From: Chrysomallon squamiferum
Taxonomy: Eukaryota > Animalia > Mollusca
Reading direction: 5' to 3'
Assembly: GCA_012295275.1 (NCBI GenBank)
Contig: CM022677.1
Coordinates: forward strand, 5,642,001 to 5,706,000
DNA: 64,000 nucleotides
Shown here: positions 21,343 to 34,400 of the stretch, piece by piece
How the letters are laid out: each line of letters starts with the position of its first letter
Position numbering within the stretch: position 1 is the stretch's first letter
The notes under the pieces: model-generated
Told to the model about the DNA's origin: nothing
Seen by the model: only the letters and a program-made list of their open reading frames with translations
The model's database searches: none
Program-made: the position numbers and the translations under genes

Positions 21343-22591
21343 TTAGATAACAACACTTGTCTGTTTTGTGCTGTGTGTCTGAAAAAGGAAAAACAATGTT
21401 TTTTGTTATTGTTTTTATGAGTAACATTGTTTACTATTATATCTGTATATCAAATGAATGTTTGTAGATAAAAATATATTTCAGCTATAGATTTCAATTC
21501 TGCATACATGCATACAGAGAAACTGATAAACATACTCACTGAATTAATGAATAATTAAAAATAAATATTTAAAAAAATAGTCTAAAGTGGTTTACCAAAA
21601 TATAAATGTAAATTCTGAATCAAAAAACAAATCAGTATCTTTGAAAAATATAATATTATAACCTGATTATTGATAAATATAAATGTTGCTAAAATATACC
21701 AAATATGAAATAAAGAAGAAATATTTTATTTAAGAACATACACAGCTTTTAGTTCTTTGCATTTTAAAAGATAAACAACAAAACAGCTAATGAAAAAGAA
21801 CTGACACCCTTTTTAAACAAGAAACTAAAAATCTGTTTTTAATATACATCTTTTCCACAGATAACAAAACATATAACATGATGTTACTAATATCAGTCAC
21901 AGATCAGTGGCTAGATTGGTAAATAACTTTATTAGTCCTCCATACAGGACTGACTCTACAAACCCAACACAGTTTAACCATGCACTCTAACCACTGAGCC
22001 AGTCTATCCATCACTACAAATTTAACAAAATGAATAAAGTGAATACTTACAGAGTAGAGTTTGATTTGTTTAGTACTGGTGACTCTTGACTCAGTTTTGT
22101 GAAAGCTGTTTTGTTGTGTTGCTAATGGTTACTTGGTGTTTTGTGACATCTGACCTCCCATTGCCACTGTGAGAAGCTGAATTGAAATTAGTAAAAACAA
22201 TAAAAAAACCTTGCTATATAAACCGTCTTATGTAAGATTTGTAAAATTTAACTGAGATGCACTCACTTAAATATTCCTTTAATATTAACTTTCTTTGTTA
22301 GTATCTGACTATTATACAAGGATCTTTTAAAACCTGAAATCATCCATTTTAAATATAAAAAGTATTTACATAAGTATACACACTAAAACTGAATTTTACA
22401 AATCCTAATTTTCCAGTACAATAAATTGTTTCATAAACTGAAATAATAAAAGATATAATACAGTTACTTGGAAAGTCAATTTTGTTTAACACAAATTCTG
22501 AATCATAATTAAAAACTCTGACAAAACTTACTTTCTGCTTCCTGCCCATTCAGAAGCTGTCCTGTCTCTGTCAGTTTGATCATTTGAATCG

Positions 22592-23103
22592 AGAAGATCA
22601 GCTCTGTGAGAAAGGCTGACAGGTTTTCTCTTGTACGCTATCTCGTGTTTACAGAAGATCAGCTCTGTGAGAAAGGCTGACAGGTTTTCTTGTACGCTAT
22701 CTCGTGTTTACAGAAGATCAGCTCTGTGAGAAAGGCTGACAGGTTTTCTTGTACGCTATCTCGTGTTTACAGAAGATCAGCTCTGTGAGAAAGGCTGACA
22801 GGTTTTCTTGTACGCTATCTCGTGTTTACAGAAGATCAGCTCTGTGAGAAAGGCTGACAGGTTTTCTTGTACGCTATCTCGTGTTTACAGAAGATCAGCT
22901 CTGTGAGAAAGGCTGACAGGTTTTCTTGTACGCTATCTCGTGTTTACAGAAGATCAGCTCTGTGAGAAAGGCTGACAGGTTTTCTTGTACGCTATCTCAT
23001 GTTTACAGAAGAACAGCTCTGTGAGAAAGGCTGACAGGTTTTCTTGTATGCTATCTCGTGTTTTACAGGAGATCCTCTGTGAGAAAGGCTGACAGGTTTT
23101 CTT
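22592..23103. repeat. 59-bp tandem repeat (~9 copies) amplified from inside a CAMSAP exon
   Basis: agaagatcagctctgtgagaaaggctgacaggttttcttgtacgctatctcgtgtttac at 22653, 22712 and onward; the reverse strand encodes VQENLSAFLTELIF. Confidence 0.92.
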
Positions 23104-23350
23104 GAAGCACACAAAGTTTACAGATGGTCTGTGATCAAATAATGTTTTGATGAGGCATCTCGATTTTACATAAAGAATGAACTAATCCTAACCCCTTATT
23201 CCTATCATGTTTCTGAAAAATAAATAAATAATAAATTGATGGTAAGAATTAGTATTTAATGTTTTTGATGAGGCATAGATTACATAAAGAATGAACTAAT
23301 CTCTAATAAAAATAAATAAATAATAAATAAAGCAATTAGTATTTAATAAT

Positions 23351-23400
<50 letters not shown>

Positions 23401-23835
23401 CAATTTAGATCATATTCAAAAGCAAAAGCAAAAGAAAAATACTAAAATACGAAATTATGAAATTTAAAAAAAAATTTCCCCAAGACAATGCCTCTCTTAA
23501 TCAGATATTAACTTTCAGCAATATAATATATGCTAAATTTTAAAATTTCCATCTCATTTATTATTTTATTTGCAAAAACTGTTCTAAAACAAACCATGAA
23601 AACTGAGAGACTGCAGACAATAGAAACTTCAGACAACAGGAACTGTACATCCGTCTCTACATCTTTTAGTATGTCTGTCATCACAGGAACAGTGACACTG
23701 TGTGAAGGGCTGGCAGTTCCAGTCTGGTAACAGGAAAGTCAAACATTTTAAAATACTGATGAAATATGCAGCTTCCTTTTTTTAAATATAGAAATAACAT
23801 TTACAACAAAATAATCACATTGATATGAATGTAAT

Positions 23836-23870
<35 letters not shown>

Positions 23871-25494
23871 ACAAACACACAAGTCAAACATACACAGTAT
23901 GAAATGTAGGGTGTGGTACAGGATACTAATGTAATTTGTGTATATGTATACATGTACTTACTGATAAATTATCTACAAACTGCATCTTCATATATTAAAT
24001 TAAAAGGTTTAGAAAAATTAGAAATATGTAAGAAAACAAACAAAAATTCACCTGCTCAGATTTTTTCTCTTTTGCAATGGCAGCAGTACAAACTTTATTT
24101 AACCAGAAAATAACTGTGACCTCAGTGTCTGATGGAAGTTCACTGGATGTGTTAAAAGTTGTAATTTGTCTGAAAGTTTTAAAATTACATGTTCAATAGA
24201 GAGGTTTAGCACAGACGTAACTTTCACATACTGATTTTCTTGATATGGGAAAAGCCTATATGTATGTGTTTACATATAGCAATGTTTTGAAACATTATAA
24301 AGGGTGAGTCTTGCTTTTATGATTTTCTTTAATGTTTGTTAACTAGGCAACATAAATACTGAACATGCTTTAACCAAATGTGCATATATTATATATCCAA
24401 ATAAAGTGTTTATAAGTTCTAGAGCTGCAGTTACTTCCCTTCCTTTATCTGACACAATACAAGTTTTGCTCTTTACATGGAAACAAAACTGAAAGTGAGT
24501 TATGGACATGACTCATACAGTAAGATCAGTATGCAATCAGATATGTGAGCAGATTACATCTATGCTAAACCTCACTAATATGCTGAATGTAAAGACTGAG
24601 GTCTCATTATATTATATTAGAAATTATACAAAAATGTGCACCCGTTTTCTCTCTCTCCCTCTCCCTCCCTCTCTCTCATTCAAATGCATCAATCATTTAA
24701 TATTCAAAGTAGAACGATCAGAGCTTTTAAATACAGATTGTCATTGACCTCTGAACTGAAATACAATTGATCATACAGTGATACTTTCCAAAAAACTATC
24801 TGAACCAAATAAATAAACTTTAACAGAGTAAAAGAGGTTTTCAATTTCTTATTTCTTTAAATTTAATTTATGTATTTAATAAACAAACAAAAAATGTCAA
24901 TGTAAATGTAAATGTAAATAAAAACTACAGCTTACCTGACGGCTTGGACAGCATGTTCTGCTGAAACAACTTCACTGGTTTATGTCATCATCAGCACATC
25001 AATTAGAAAAATATGTGCATTCTGAAAAAAATGACATTGAATAAAATAATAACATAGATAATAAATAAACAGCTATAAATAATCCTTCTAATTATAATAA
25101 AAATAATAATTTACAAAACAATGACAGATCATTGATTATTATTATACTGTTTTATAATGAATAAAGAATTGTTTCAAAACTTATTTTACTCTCTAAGACA
25201 CAAAAAATAAAATAAACTCACAACTGAGAATGCTGCAGTCTGCATGAGAATGGTTTCTGTAACAGCTGATTCATCCTTCTCCATGATGTAAATTCCCTTT
25301 CTAGACAGCACCTGAACAATACTGCAGTGACCTACACAAAATATTTAACACCAATAGTAAATATAAAGTTTAGTAATTTTAATAACAGCATGATATTTTT
25401 TATCAATCTCCATTTGTTGAAAAATGCATTTTCTCTGCTTCTTATCTTTTGTTGATATTTCAGTGATTTTTATTTATGTATGAAATTGACCAAG

Positions 25495-26770
25495 ACAGAG
25501 ACACACACACAGACACAATATATCTCTCTCTCACACACATACATACACAATACCTCTATCTCTCTTTCTCTCTCTTTCTCTCTCACACACACATACATAC
25601 ATACATACACGCAATATATCTCTCTCTTACACACACACACAATATGTATCTCTTTCACACACATACATACAAACATACACGCAATATATATATCTCTCAC
25701 ACACATACATACATACACACAATATATATATATCTCTTTTCACACACATACATACAAACATACACACAATATATATATCTCTCTTTCACACACATACATA
25801 CAAACATACACACAATATATCTCTCACACACACACATACAAACATACACACAATATATATCTCTCTCTCACACATACATACAAACATACACACAATATGT
25901 ATCTCTCTCTCACACACACATACATACATACATACACACAATATATATATATATCTCTCCCACACACATACATACAAACATACACACAATATATATATCT
26001 CTCTCACATACACATACATACAAACATACACACAATATATATATCTCATACAACACATACACAATACAAACAATATATCTCTCTCACACACACACACATA
26101 CATACATACACAATATATATATATCTCTCACACACACATACATACATACACACATATGTATCTCTCACACACACATACATACATACATACATACATACAT
26201 ACATACACACAATATATATATATCTCTCTCCCACACATACATACAAACATACACACAATATATATATCTCTCTCACATACACATACAAACAAACATACAT
26301 ACAATATATAAATCTGTCACACACACACAATATATATATATCTCTCACACACACATACATACAAACATACACACAATATATATATATCTCTCACACAGAT
26401 ACATACACACAATATATATATATATCTCACACATATACATACAAACATACACACATATATATCTCTCTCACACACATACATACAAACATACACACAATAT
26501 ATGTATATCTCTCTCACACACATACATACAAACATACACAACATATATCTCTCTCACACACATACATACAAACACACACACATCTCTCTCTCACACACAC
26601 ATACATACAGACACACACACATCTCTCTCACACATACATACAAACATATATATCTCTCTCACACACATACATACAAACATACACACAACATATATATCTC
26701 TCTCACAAACACATACATACAAACATACACACAACATAAATATCTCTCTCACAAACACATACATACATAG
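25495..26770. repeat. Compound (CA)/(TA)/(CT) microsatellite array
   Basis: Repeating acacacatacatacaaacatacacacaatatatatatctctctc units; source of the 419- and 438-aa H/T/Y/I ORFs. Confidence 0.92.
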
Positions 26771-27658
26771 TTACATACCGTGTCACTGCTGAGAGGTTTC
26801 TGAAAACATTCTAACACAGACTACACATCACTTGACACCAGATTGTTGATTAGAGATTCCCTGCAACACAGCAACATATCATCATCTTCATCATCATAAT
26901 ATCAATAATAATAATCATGATGATGAAAAAATAAAAATAAATAATTACCATAACAATAGTAGTAGTAGTAGTAGTAATAGTAGTAGCACTAGTTGTAATA
27001 ATAGTAATAATAATAGTAAAAATAGCGATGATAACTCAACAACAATAATAATTAACTATACACATTTTCATCTATTATTGATTAAATAAGTACAATGTTA
27101 CATGTTAATGAGAAAAACAAGGAATTAATGTTTTATTTAACAACATATAAATATAGCATTGTATTTTTCCTTTTGTCTTAAACATGTGTTATGAAGAAAT
27201 GAGATAATTTGTTTTCAAAGAGTCATGCAATAATATATTTTTAATTTTATTCCATTAATGACTAGCTGAACTGTACTGTAGAAAAAAGTGTCATGAGAGG
27301 AAACACAAATCTCTTCATAGACAATTTTCAGATCATTTAATTTTTCTATTTTTGATGAAATAATTCTAAGGTTTATAAAAAGTAAGACACTAGAGATAAT
27401 TAAAACAAAACAACAATGCATATAATAATTAGAACATAAATCTTGAAAGATAAAAAAATTATAAAATATTTCAGACTTGAAGTTTTATAATCCTTTATCA
27501 TTTTATGGAATAGTTGACTAACACAGTAACAGTCCGTAAATCATCAAACTTAAACATTTTGGTTGTAAAGGCTTGCCAGCTACTTACTTTGAAATGTCTG
27601 CATCCACTTTTGAAAACTCCCAAATGTAAATAAAATCATTAATTATGTTCTTACTTAC

Positions 27659-27925
27659 CCTGCCAGACAAAAACAATGAACACAAGATGTCACCGTCGGG
27701 CTCATATCCACGTGGGTCTCATGAGGTTTTTCGCTTTTCTTCAACGACCTGTCCGATTTAACTGACGTAAAACTGGTGCCGTCATCATTCCAAAGCATGT
27801 TAACAATGTAATCTTCACTAAACTACCTGAATCCTTACTGACAGCTTTTCAAAGATATAGTGGTATCTCTTAAATAATCCAGAGAGAAATTCACCAGCAG
27901 ATTGTGTAAGCGATTCGTCCGCCAT
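27659..27925 (-). pseudogene. Unassigned first-exon-like segment with stops or a frameshift
   Basis: acaATGGCG start, MADESLTQSAGEFLSGLFKRYHYIFEKL, CpG-rich, ending at a strong donor AGG|gtaagt. No family recognised. Confidence 0.4.
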
Positions 27926-27972
27926 TGTTTTAAGCTTGTGTAACCGAGCAGTGATAGAGTTACCTCCCTTTT

Positions 27973-27982
27973 GGGGCGGAGT
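27973..27982. promoter_or_regulatory. GC box (Sp1-like) in a CpG-rich patch
   Basis: GGGGCGGAGT lies ~50 bp upstream of the - strand ATG at 27925. Confidence 0.3.
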
Positions 27983-28409
27983 TATAATGTCAGCTGAGGT
28001 CATTACAACCGTATACACCCTGCTTCATACTACTGTGACAAATACAGCAGACTTCAGTGATAATGTATGTCAGTATACGCAGCCATTACTTCAATACTTG
28101 TGTGTATAAACACATGTATTTAAAAAATGTCTCTGTTTATTTATGTGTTTATTTAATCTGATTTATATTTATTTCGGCATGCCAGTGATCATCACTTTAA
28201 ACCTGCAGGGTTAGTTAACTCACATACACAGAATTATGTAAATATAATTATATATCATATGCATAACATACACACTAATATATGTACCTGCATGTATACT
28301 ATTGAATGTTATTTTTAAAAAACAATCCTATTTGTGTGTATTATTATAGGTTTTGAGAGAACATGCAAACATAATGATGTCTGAACTGAAATCAGTTCTT
28401 CCACATTTG

Positions 28410-28459
<50 letters not shown>

Positions 28460-28813
28460 ATGAAAATAATTAATTGAATGTTGTATCAATATTAATTAAC
28501 AGACTGATACCATGTTAATGGATCTGCTTTAATCTTATGTATTTATTTATCTTTTTATTTTTTGGCTTACCATTAACATTTGTAGTTTTACTCTTAATAA
28601 ATTACTGATGTCATCTACAGTTCTTTTGTTTTTATTTTTTTATTATTCTTTTTAAGTATATATTAATATTTTCTCTTATTATGTTACAGATATCAGCTGA
28701 ATTGTTTTATTTTGATTTGTTTGTCCCATTATGTTTGTATAATGATTAAAATATGTTATGACACACTATGTATTTACATATTTAATTAATTTTAAATTTA
28801 TTTTTCTCTGCAG

Positions 28814-29164
28814 AGGATATGAAACTGTTTCCTGCAGTGATGACTTGGGGATGTTCTGTTCTTACACAAACACCTGTAGTCAAAGCAGTTAAATTTGTCA
28901 CTGTTAATCAAGGACTTAACTCGTTAAAGGTAAGTGTTTAAAAATTTGTGAAGAACCAATAATATTCTTGTATGAGTGTTAAAGTCAAAGAATGAGGAAT
29001 TTTCATTCAGTTTACTGTTATTGTTGTTATTTTCACAGTATTTATTATTATAAACTAAATTGTTGTAGGATTCAGGTCAGTGTTATGAACTTAATGGAGA
29101 AAAAAAATCACATTTTTTATTCAGCTTATTATTAATGTTGTTTTCTTTCATCTTCTTGTTCATC

Positions 29165-29218
<54 letters not shown>

Positions 29219-30051
29219 CATCATCATCATCATCATCATCATATATATATATTATTTGAATAATTATTATTATATGCTATGTTCATTCATGATTTCTCAT
29301 GTTGCATATAAAACATCCTTTAATTGCCAGTGAAGAACTTTCATAGAGGAATTTCTCTTTGTACAATTTCTATTCATAAATTTAGTTTTATACTTAAGAA
29401 ATATTAATATTTAAACACTTTTAACATGACATTAATGATTCACTGTAAATGTAATCATTCCACATATATGAATCATGATAACCAGTAATATCAAAAAAGG
29501 ACAGAGATATTATTAAATATTCATTTTTATTCTTATTTATTTACATTCTTTATGGCAGAACTCTTTGCTATTTCATTCTTATTTAACATCTGTAAGTTCT
29601 GAAATCAGGAAATTGAAATCAACTCAGACTGGACAAAGTTCTGTACCAAAACATCATGGAAAGGAAAAACCAGCATAAACTATTGTAAGTTTGTCTTTAT
29701 TATTATGTTTATTAGATTAATATTATTCTTATTGTGTGTGTGTGTGTGTGTGTGTGTGTTGGGAGGATTGTTTAAGAATGTTGGTATGCGAGATAAAAGA
29801 CATGGAAAATGTTGGATCAACTCAGGTAAAATTATAATTATAATTAACCTTTATGATTTCAGAACATTATTACTCTGTACAAGTGACAGAATTAAATATT
29901 TTAAAATGTAAGCAGTTGTCACATAATGTTACTAAACAAATCCTATCACCTTACTATAAATACTATAATAATACTGATAAATAAATAATAAATTAACTTT
30001 ACAAAATCAAATTCAATATTTATTAAATATGTTGCAGTAGCTTTAGTAAAT

Positions 30052-30103
<52 letters not shown>

Positions 30104-30860
30104 TGTATGTATCGAGCCATACATTTCAATATGTATATGTACCTGCGCTACCTTTTATTTATTTATTTATTTTCTGTAGTTACTTACCTGTTTCCTTATT
30201 TATTTATTTATTTATTTATTTATTTTAGTTTATCCACAACACAGCAAAAGAAATATATTAATCACCAGTGCTTCACCATGTGTCAGCACTGTCCCTCACC
30301 ATGGCAACATCACTGGTTGTGTAGTCAGTTCTTATGTTTCCTCCAGGTAACACATTTTATTTTATGTGTTAGAGTTATCTTCCATTGCCAATTTCTGTTT
30401 TATTATTTTAGCTTTTTGAACTATTCTATTTGTATTGTTATTTTTGTTTGTTTTATTTTAAATAACATATTATGATTTCATTATTTGATTAGTAGTATTA
30501 AGGTCTTTACAAAAATTAGTTATATATGTTATTGTTATTTCAGTTAATTTTATTATTATTTAATATGTATTTTATTCTTATTACAATTAATTTTATTATT
30601 ACTTATTATATATGTTATTATTATTACAGTTAATTTTATTATTACTTATTATATATGTTATTATTATTACAGTTAATTTATTATTACTTGTTTTAGTGTG
30701 ATTATTTCATAATGTTCAAAGTGTGGCTGTACAATATGAGAGGTCACCAGTGTGATGTATGTGACTCATCAATGCTGTAGAAATGTAAAACACAAAATAT
30801 AAATCTTGTAAGTCATTACCAGTCATTAAAACATCACAACTATTTTTAGATTCACCAAAG
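28814..30860 (+). pseudogene. MARS1: Cytoplasmic methionyl-tRNA synthetase pseudogene (unprocessed, fragmentary)
   Basis: Exon 28814-28929 FPAVMTWGCSVLTQTPVVKAVKFVTVNQGLNSLK (GST-like region). Exon 30229-30346 KRNILITSASPCVSTVPHHGNITGCVVSSYVSSR versus [33 protein letters not shown]. Segment ~30713-30860 KCG..MRGHQCDVC..LINAVEM*..CKSLPVIKTSQLFLDSPK|gt versus the Zn-knuckle ARGDQCDKCGKLINAVELK..C..C..P......HLFLDLPK. A probable further exon lies at ~29600-29683. Confidence 0.92.
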
Positions 30861-31137
30861 GTAAACCTGATTTGTTTTTTTTCTTGATTCATTTGCTGAT
30901 AAAGTTTCAAATCCTTCTAAACTTCTTTTTTCAGTTAAGTATGTCAATTCTAAAGACTTCAACATTTGTTTGGTGGGGTATGAATTTAATAGTTAACATT
31001 TATTTATGGTTGTTATTATATAAGAAAATGCAAAATTATTAGAATATTTTAATAAGTAAATAATTTTTAGGGTTTTACCAAATAGTAGTATTCAGCTTAA
31101 TGATAACTGTTCTTATGCATTTGTATGAGACCAGTGT

Positions 31138-31193
<56 letters not shown>

Positions 31194-31289
31194 ATGCATC
31201 CTATATATATGTATTTGTATTTCATCGCTGACTTAGAAAACAACTTTCTTGAAGCAGGATCTTGTTTCCTTCTTCTTTCATGATTATTA

Positions 31290-31489
31290 NNNNNNNNNNN
31301 NNNNNNNNNNNNNNNNNNNNNNNNNNNNNNNNNNNNNNNNNNNNNNNNNNNNNNNNNNNNNNNNNNNNNNNNNNNNNNNNNNNNNNNNNNNNNNNNNNNN
31401 NNNNNNNNNNNNNNNNNNNNNNNNNNNNNNNNNNNNNNNNNNNNNNNNNNNNNNNNNNNNNNNNNNNNNNNNNNNNNNNNNNNNNNNNN
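31290..31489. other. Assembly gap (200 N)
   Basis: Run of N; a round size suggests a scaffolding join. Confidence 0.99.
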
Positions 31490-34400
31490 ATCTCATTTTA
31501 AACTTATACTCTGTTACTGTTCAGTGAGCATATCTCATTTTAAACTCATACTTCTGTTACTGTTCAGTGAGCATATCTCATTTTAAACTCATACTTCTGT
31601 TACTGTTCAGTGAGCAGCATATCTCATTTAAACTCATACTTCTGTTACTGTTCAGTGAGCATATCTCATGTTAAACTCATACTTCTGTTACTGTTCAGTG
31701 AGCATATCTCATGTTAAACTCATACTTCTGTTACTGTTCAGTGAGCATATCTCATTTTAAACTCATACTTCTGTTACTGTTCAGTGAGCATATCTCATGT
31801 TAAACTCATACTTCTGTTACTGTTCAGTGAGTGATATCTCATTTTAAACTCATACTTCTGTTACTGTTCAGTGAGCATATCTCATTTTAAACTCATACTT
31901 CTGTTACTGTTCAGTGAGCATATCTCATTTTAAACTCATACTTCTCATGTTAAACTCATACTTCTGTTACTGTTCAGTGAGCATATCTCATTTTAAACTC
32001 ATATCTTTTTAAACTCATACTTCTGTTACTGTTCAGTGAGCATATCTCATGTTAAACTCATACTTCTGTTACTGTTCAGTGAGCATATCTCATTTTAAAC
32101 TCATACTTCTGTTACTGTTCAGTGAGCATATCTCATTTTAAACTCATACTTCTGTTACTGTTCAGTGAGCATATCTCATTTTAAACTCATACTTCTGTTA
32201 CTGTTCAGTGAGCATATCTCATGTTAAACTCATACTTCTGTTACTGTTCAGTGAGCATATCTCATTTTAAACTCATACTTCTGTTACTGTTCAGTGAGCA
32301 TATCTCATGTTAAACTCATACTTCTGTTACTGTTCAGTGAGCATATCTCATGTTAAACTCATACTTCTGTTACTGTTCAGTGAGCATATCTCATTTTAAA
32401 CTCATTCTGTTACTTTCTGTTAAACTCTGTTCAGTTCAGAGCATATCTCATTTTAAACTCATACTTCTGTCATATTTTAAACTTCTGTTACTGTTCAGTG
32501 AGCATATCTCATTTTAAACTCATACTTCTGTTACTGTTCAGTGAGCATATCTCATTTTAAACTCATACTTCTGTTACTGTTCAGTGAGCATATCTCATGT
32601 TAAACTCATACTTCTGTTACTGTTCAGTGAGCATATCTCATTTTAAACTCCTACTTCTGTTACTGTTCAGTGAGCATATCTCATTTTAAACTCATACTTC
32701 TGTTACTGTTCAGTGAGCATATCTCATTTTAAACTCCTACTTCTGTTACTGTTCAGTGAGCATATCTCATTTAAACTCATACTTCTGTTCAGTTCTGTTA
32801 CTGTTCAGTGAGCATATCTCATTTTAAACTCATACTTCTGTTACTGTTCAGTGAGCATATCTCATTTTAAACTCATACTTCTGTTACTGTTCAGTGAGCA
32901 TATCTCATTTTAAACTCATACTTCTGTTACTGTTCAGTGAGCATATCTCATTTTAAACTCATACTTCTGTTACTGTTCAGTGAGCATATCTCATTTTAAA
33001 CTCATACTTCTGTTACTGTTCAGTGAGCATATCTCATTTTAAACTCATACTTCTGTTACTCAGTGAGCTTCTGTTAAACTGTTCAGTGTTCAGTGAGCAT
33101 ATCTCATGTTAAACTCATACTTCTGTTACTGTTCAGTGAGCATATCTCATTTTAAACTCATGTTAAACTGTTCAGTGAGCATATCTCATGTTACTGTTCA
33201 GTGAGCATATCTCATTTTAAACTCATACTTCTGTTACTGTTCAGTGAGCATATCTCATGTTAAACTCATACTTCTGTTACTGTTCAGTGAGCATATCTCA
33301 TTTTAAACTCATACTTCTGTTACTGTTCAGTGAGCATATCTCATTTTAAACTCATACTTCTGTTACTGTTCAGTGAGCATATCTCATTTTAAACTCATAC
33401 TTCTGTTACTGTTCAGTGAGCATATCTCATGTTAAACTCATACTTCTGTTACTGTTCAGTGAGCATATCTCATGTTAAACTCATACTTCTGTTAAATATC
33501 TCAAAACTCACTTCTGTTACTGTTCAGTGAGCATATCTCATGTTAAACTCATACTTCTGTTACTGTTCAGTGAGCATATCTCATTTTAAACTCATACTTC
33601 TCATGTTAAACTGTTCAGTTCAGAGCATATCTCATGTTAAACTCATACTTCTGTTACTGTTCAGTGAGCATATCTCATTTTAAACTCCTACTTCTGTTAC
33701 TGTTCAGTGAGCATATCTCATTTTAAACTCATACTTCTGTTACTGTTCAGTGAGCATATCTCATTTTAAACTCATACTTCTGTTACTGTTCAGTGAGCAT
33801 ATCTCATGTTAAACTCATACTTCTGTTACTGTTCAGTGAGCATATCTCATTTTAAACTCATACTTCTGTTACTGTTCAGTGAGCATATCTCATTTTAAAC
33901 TCATACTTCTGTTACTGTTCAGTGAGCATATCTCATTTTAAACTCATACTTCTGTTACTGTTCAGTGAGCATATCTCATTTTAAACTCATACTTCTGTTA
34001 CTGTTCAGTGAGCATATCTCATTTTAAACTCATACTTCTGTTACTGTTCAGTGAGCATATCTCATTTTAAACTCATACTTCTGTTACTGTTCAGTGAGCA
34101 TATCTCATTTTAAACTCATACTTCTGTTACTGTTCAGTGAGCATATCTCATGTTAAACTCATGACTGTTCAGTGAGCATATCTCATGTTAAACTCATACT
34201 TCTGTTACTGTTCAGTGAGCATATCTCATTTTAAACTCATACTTCTGTTACTGTTCAGTGAGCATATCTCATGTTAAACTCATACTTCTGTTACTGTTCA
34301 GTGAGCATATCTCATTTTAAACTCCTACTTCTGTTACTGTTCAGTGAGCATATCTCATTTTAAACTCATACTTCTGTTACTGTTCAGTGAGCATATCTCA

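Larger units (their letters stand above)
21341..26860 (-). pseudogene. CAMSAP: CAMSAP/Patronin pseudogene copy A (N-terminal and CH-domain exons)
   Basis: Exons: 26779-26860 (INNLVSSDV*), 25222-25331 (GHCSIVQVLSRKGIYIMEKDESAVTE), 24936-25021 (AHIFLIDVLMMT*TSEVVSAE), 24052-24169 (TFNTSSELPSDTEVTVIFWLNKV), 23595-23723 (PVMTDILKDV..DGC..SFYC), 22532-23212 (AFLTELIF), 22051-22176 (VTISNTTK) and ~21341-21378. These match CAMSAP motifs SVIQALSRKGIYVME, IDALMMAY, FSASKELPYDLEDAMVFWINKV, VFIAELF and VPISNATKRSF. Stops and frameshifts are present. Confidence 0.9.

Noticed and set aside
22592-23103. Array of 12-nt microexons (cacag|AGCTGATCTTCT|gtaaac) on the - strand
   Set aside because: The unit is better explained as internal CAMSAP coding sequence (AFLTELIF).
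25476-26792. Long 419- and 438-aa ORFs
   Set aside because: Translations of a compound microsatellite inside a CAMSAP intron.
31249-31527. ORFs spanning the N run
   Set aside because: Gap artefacts.
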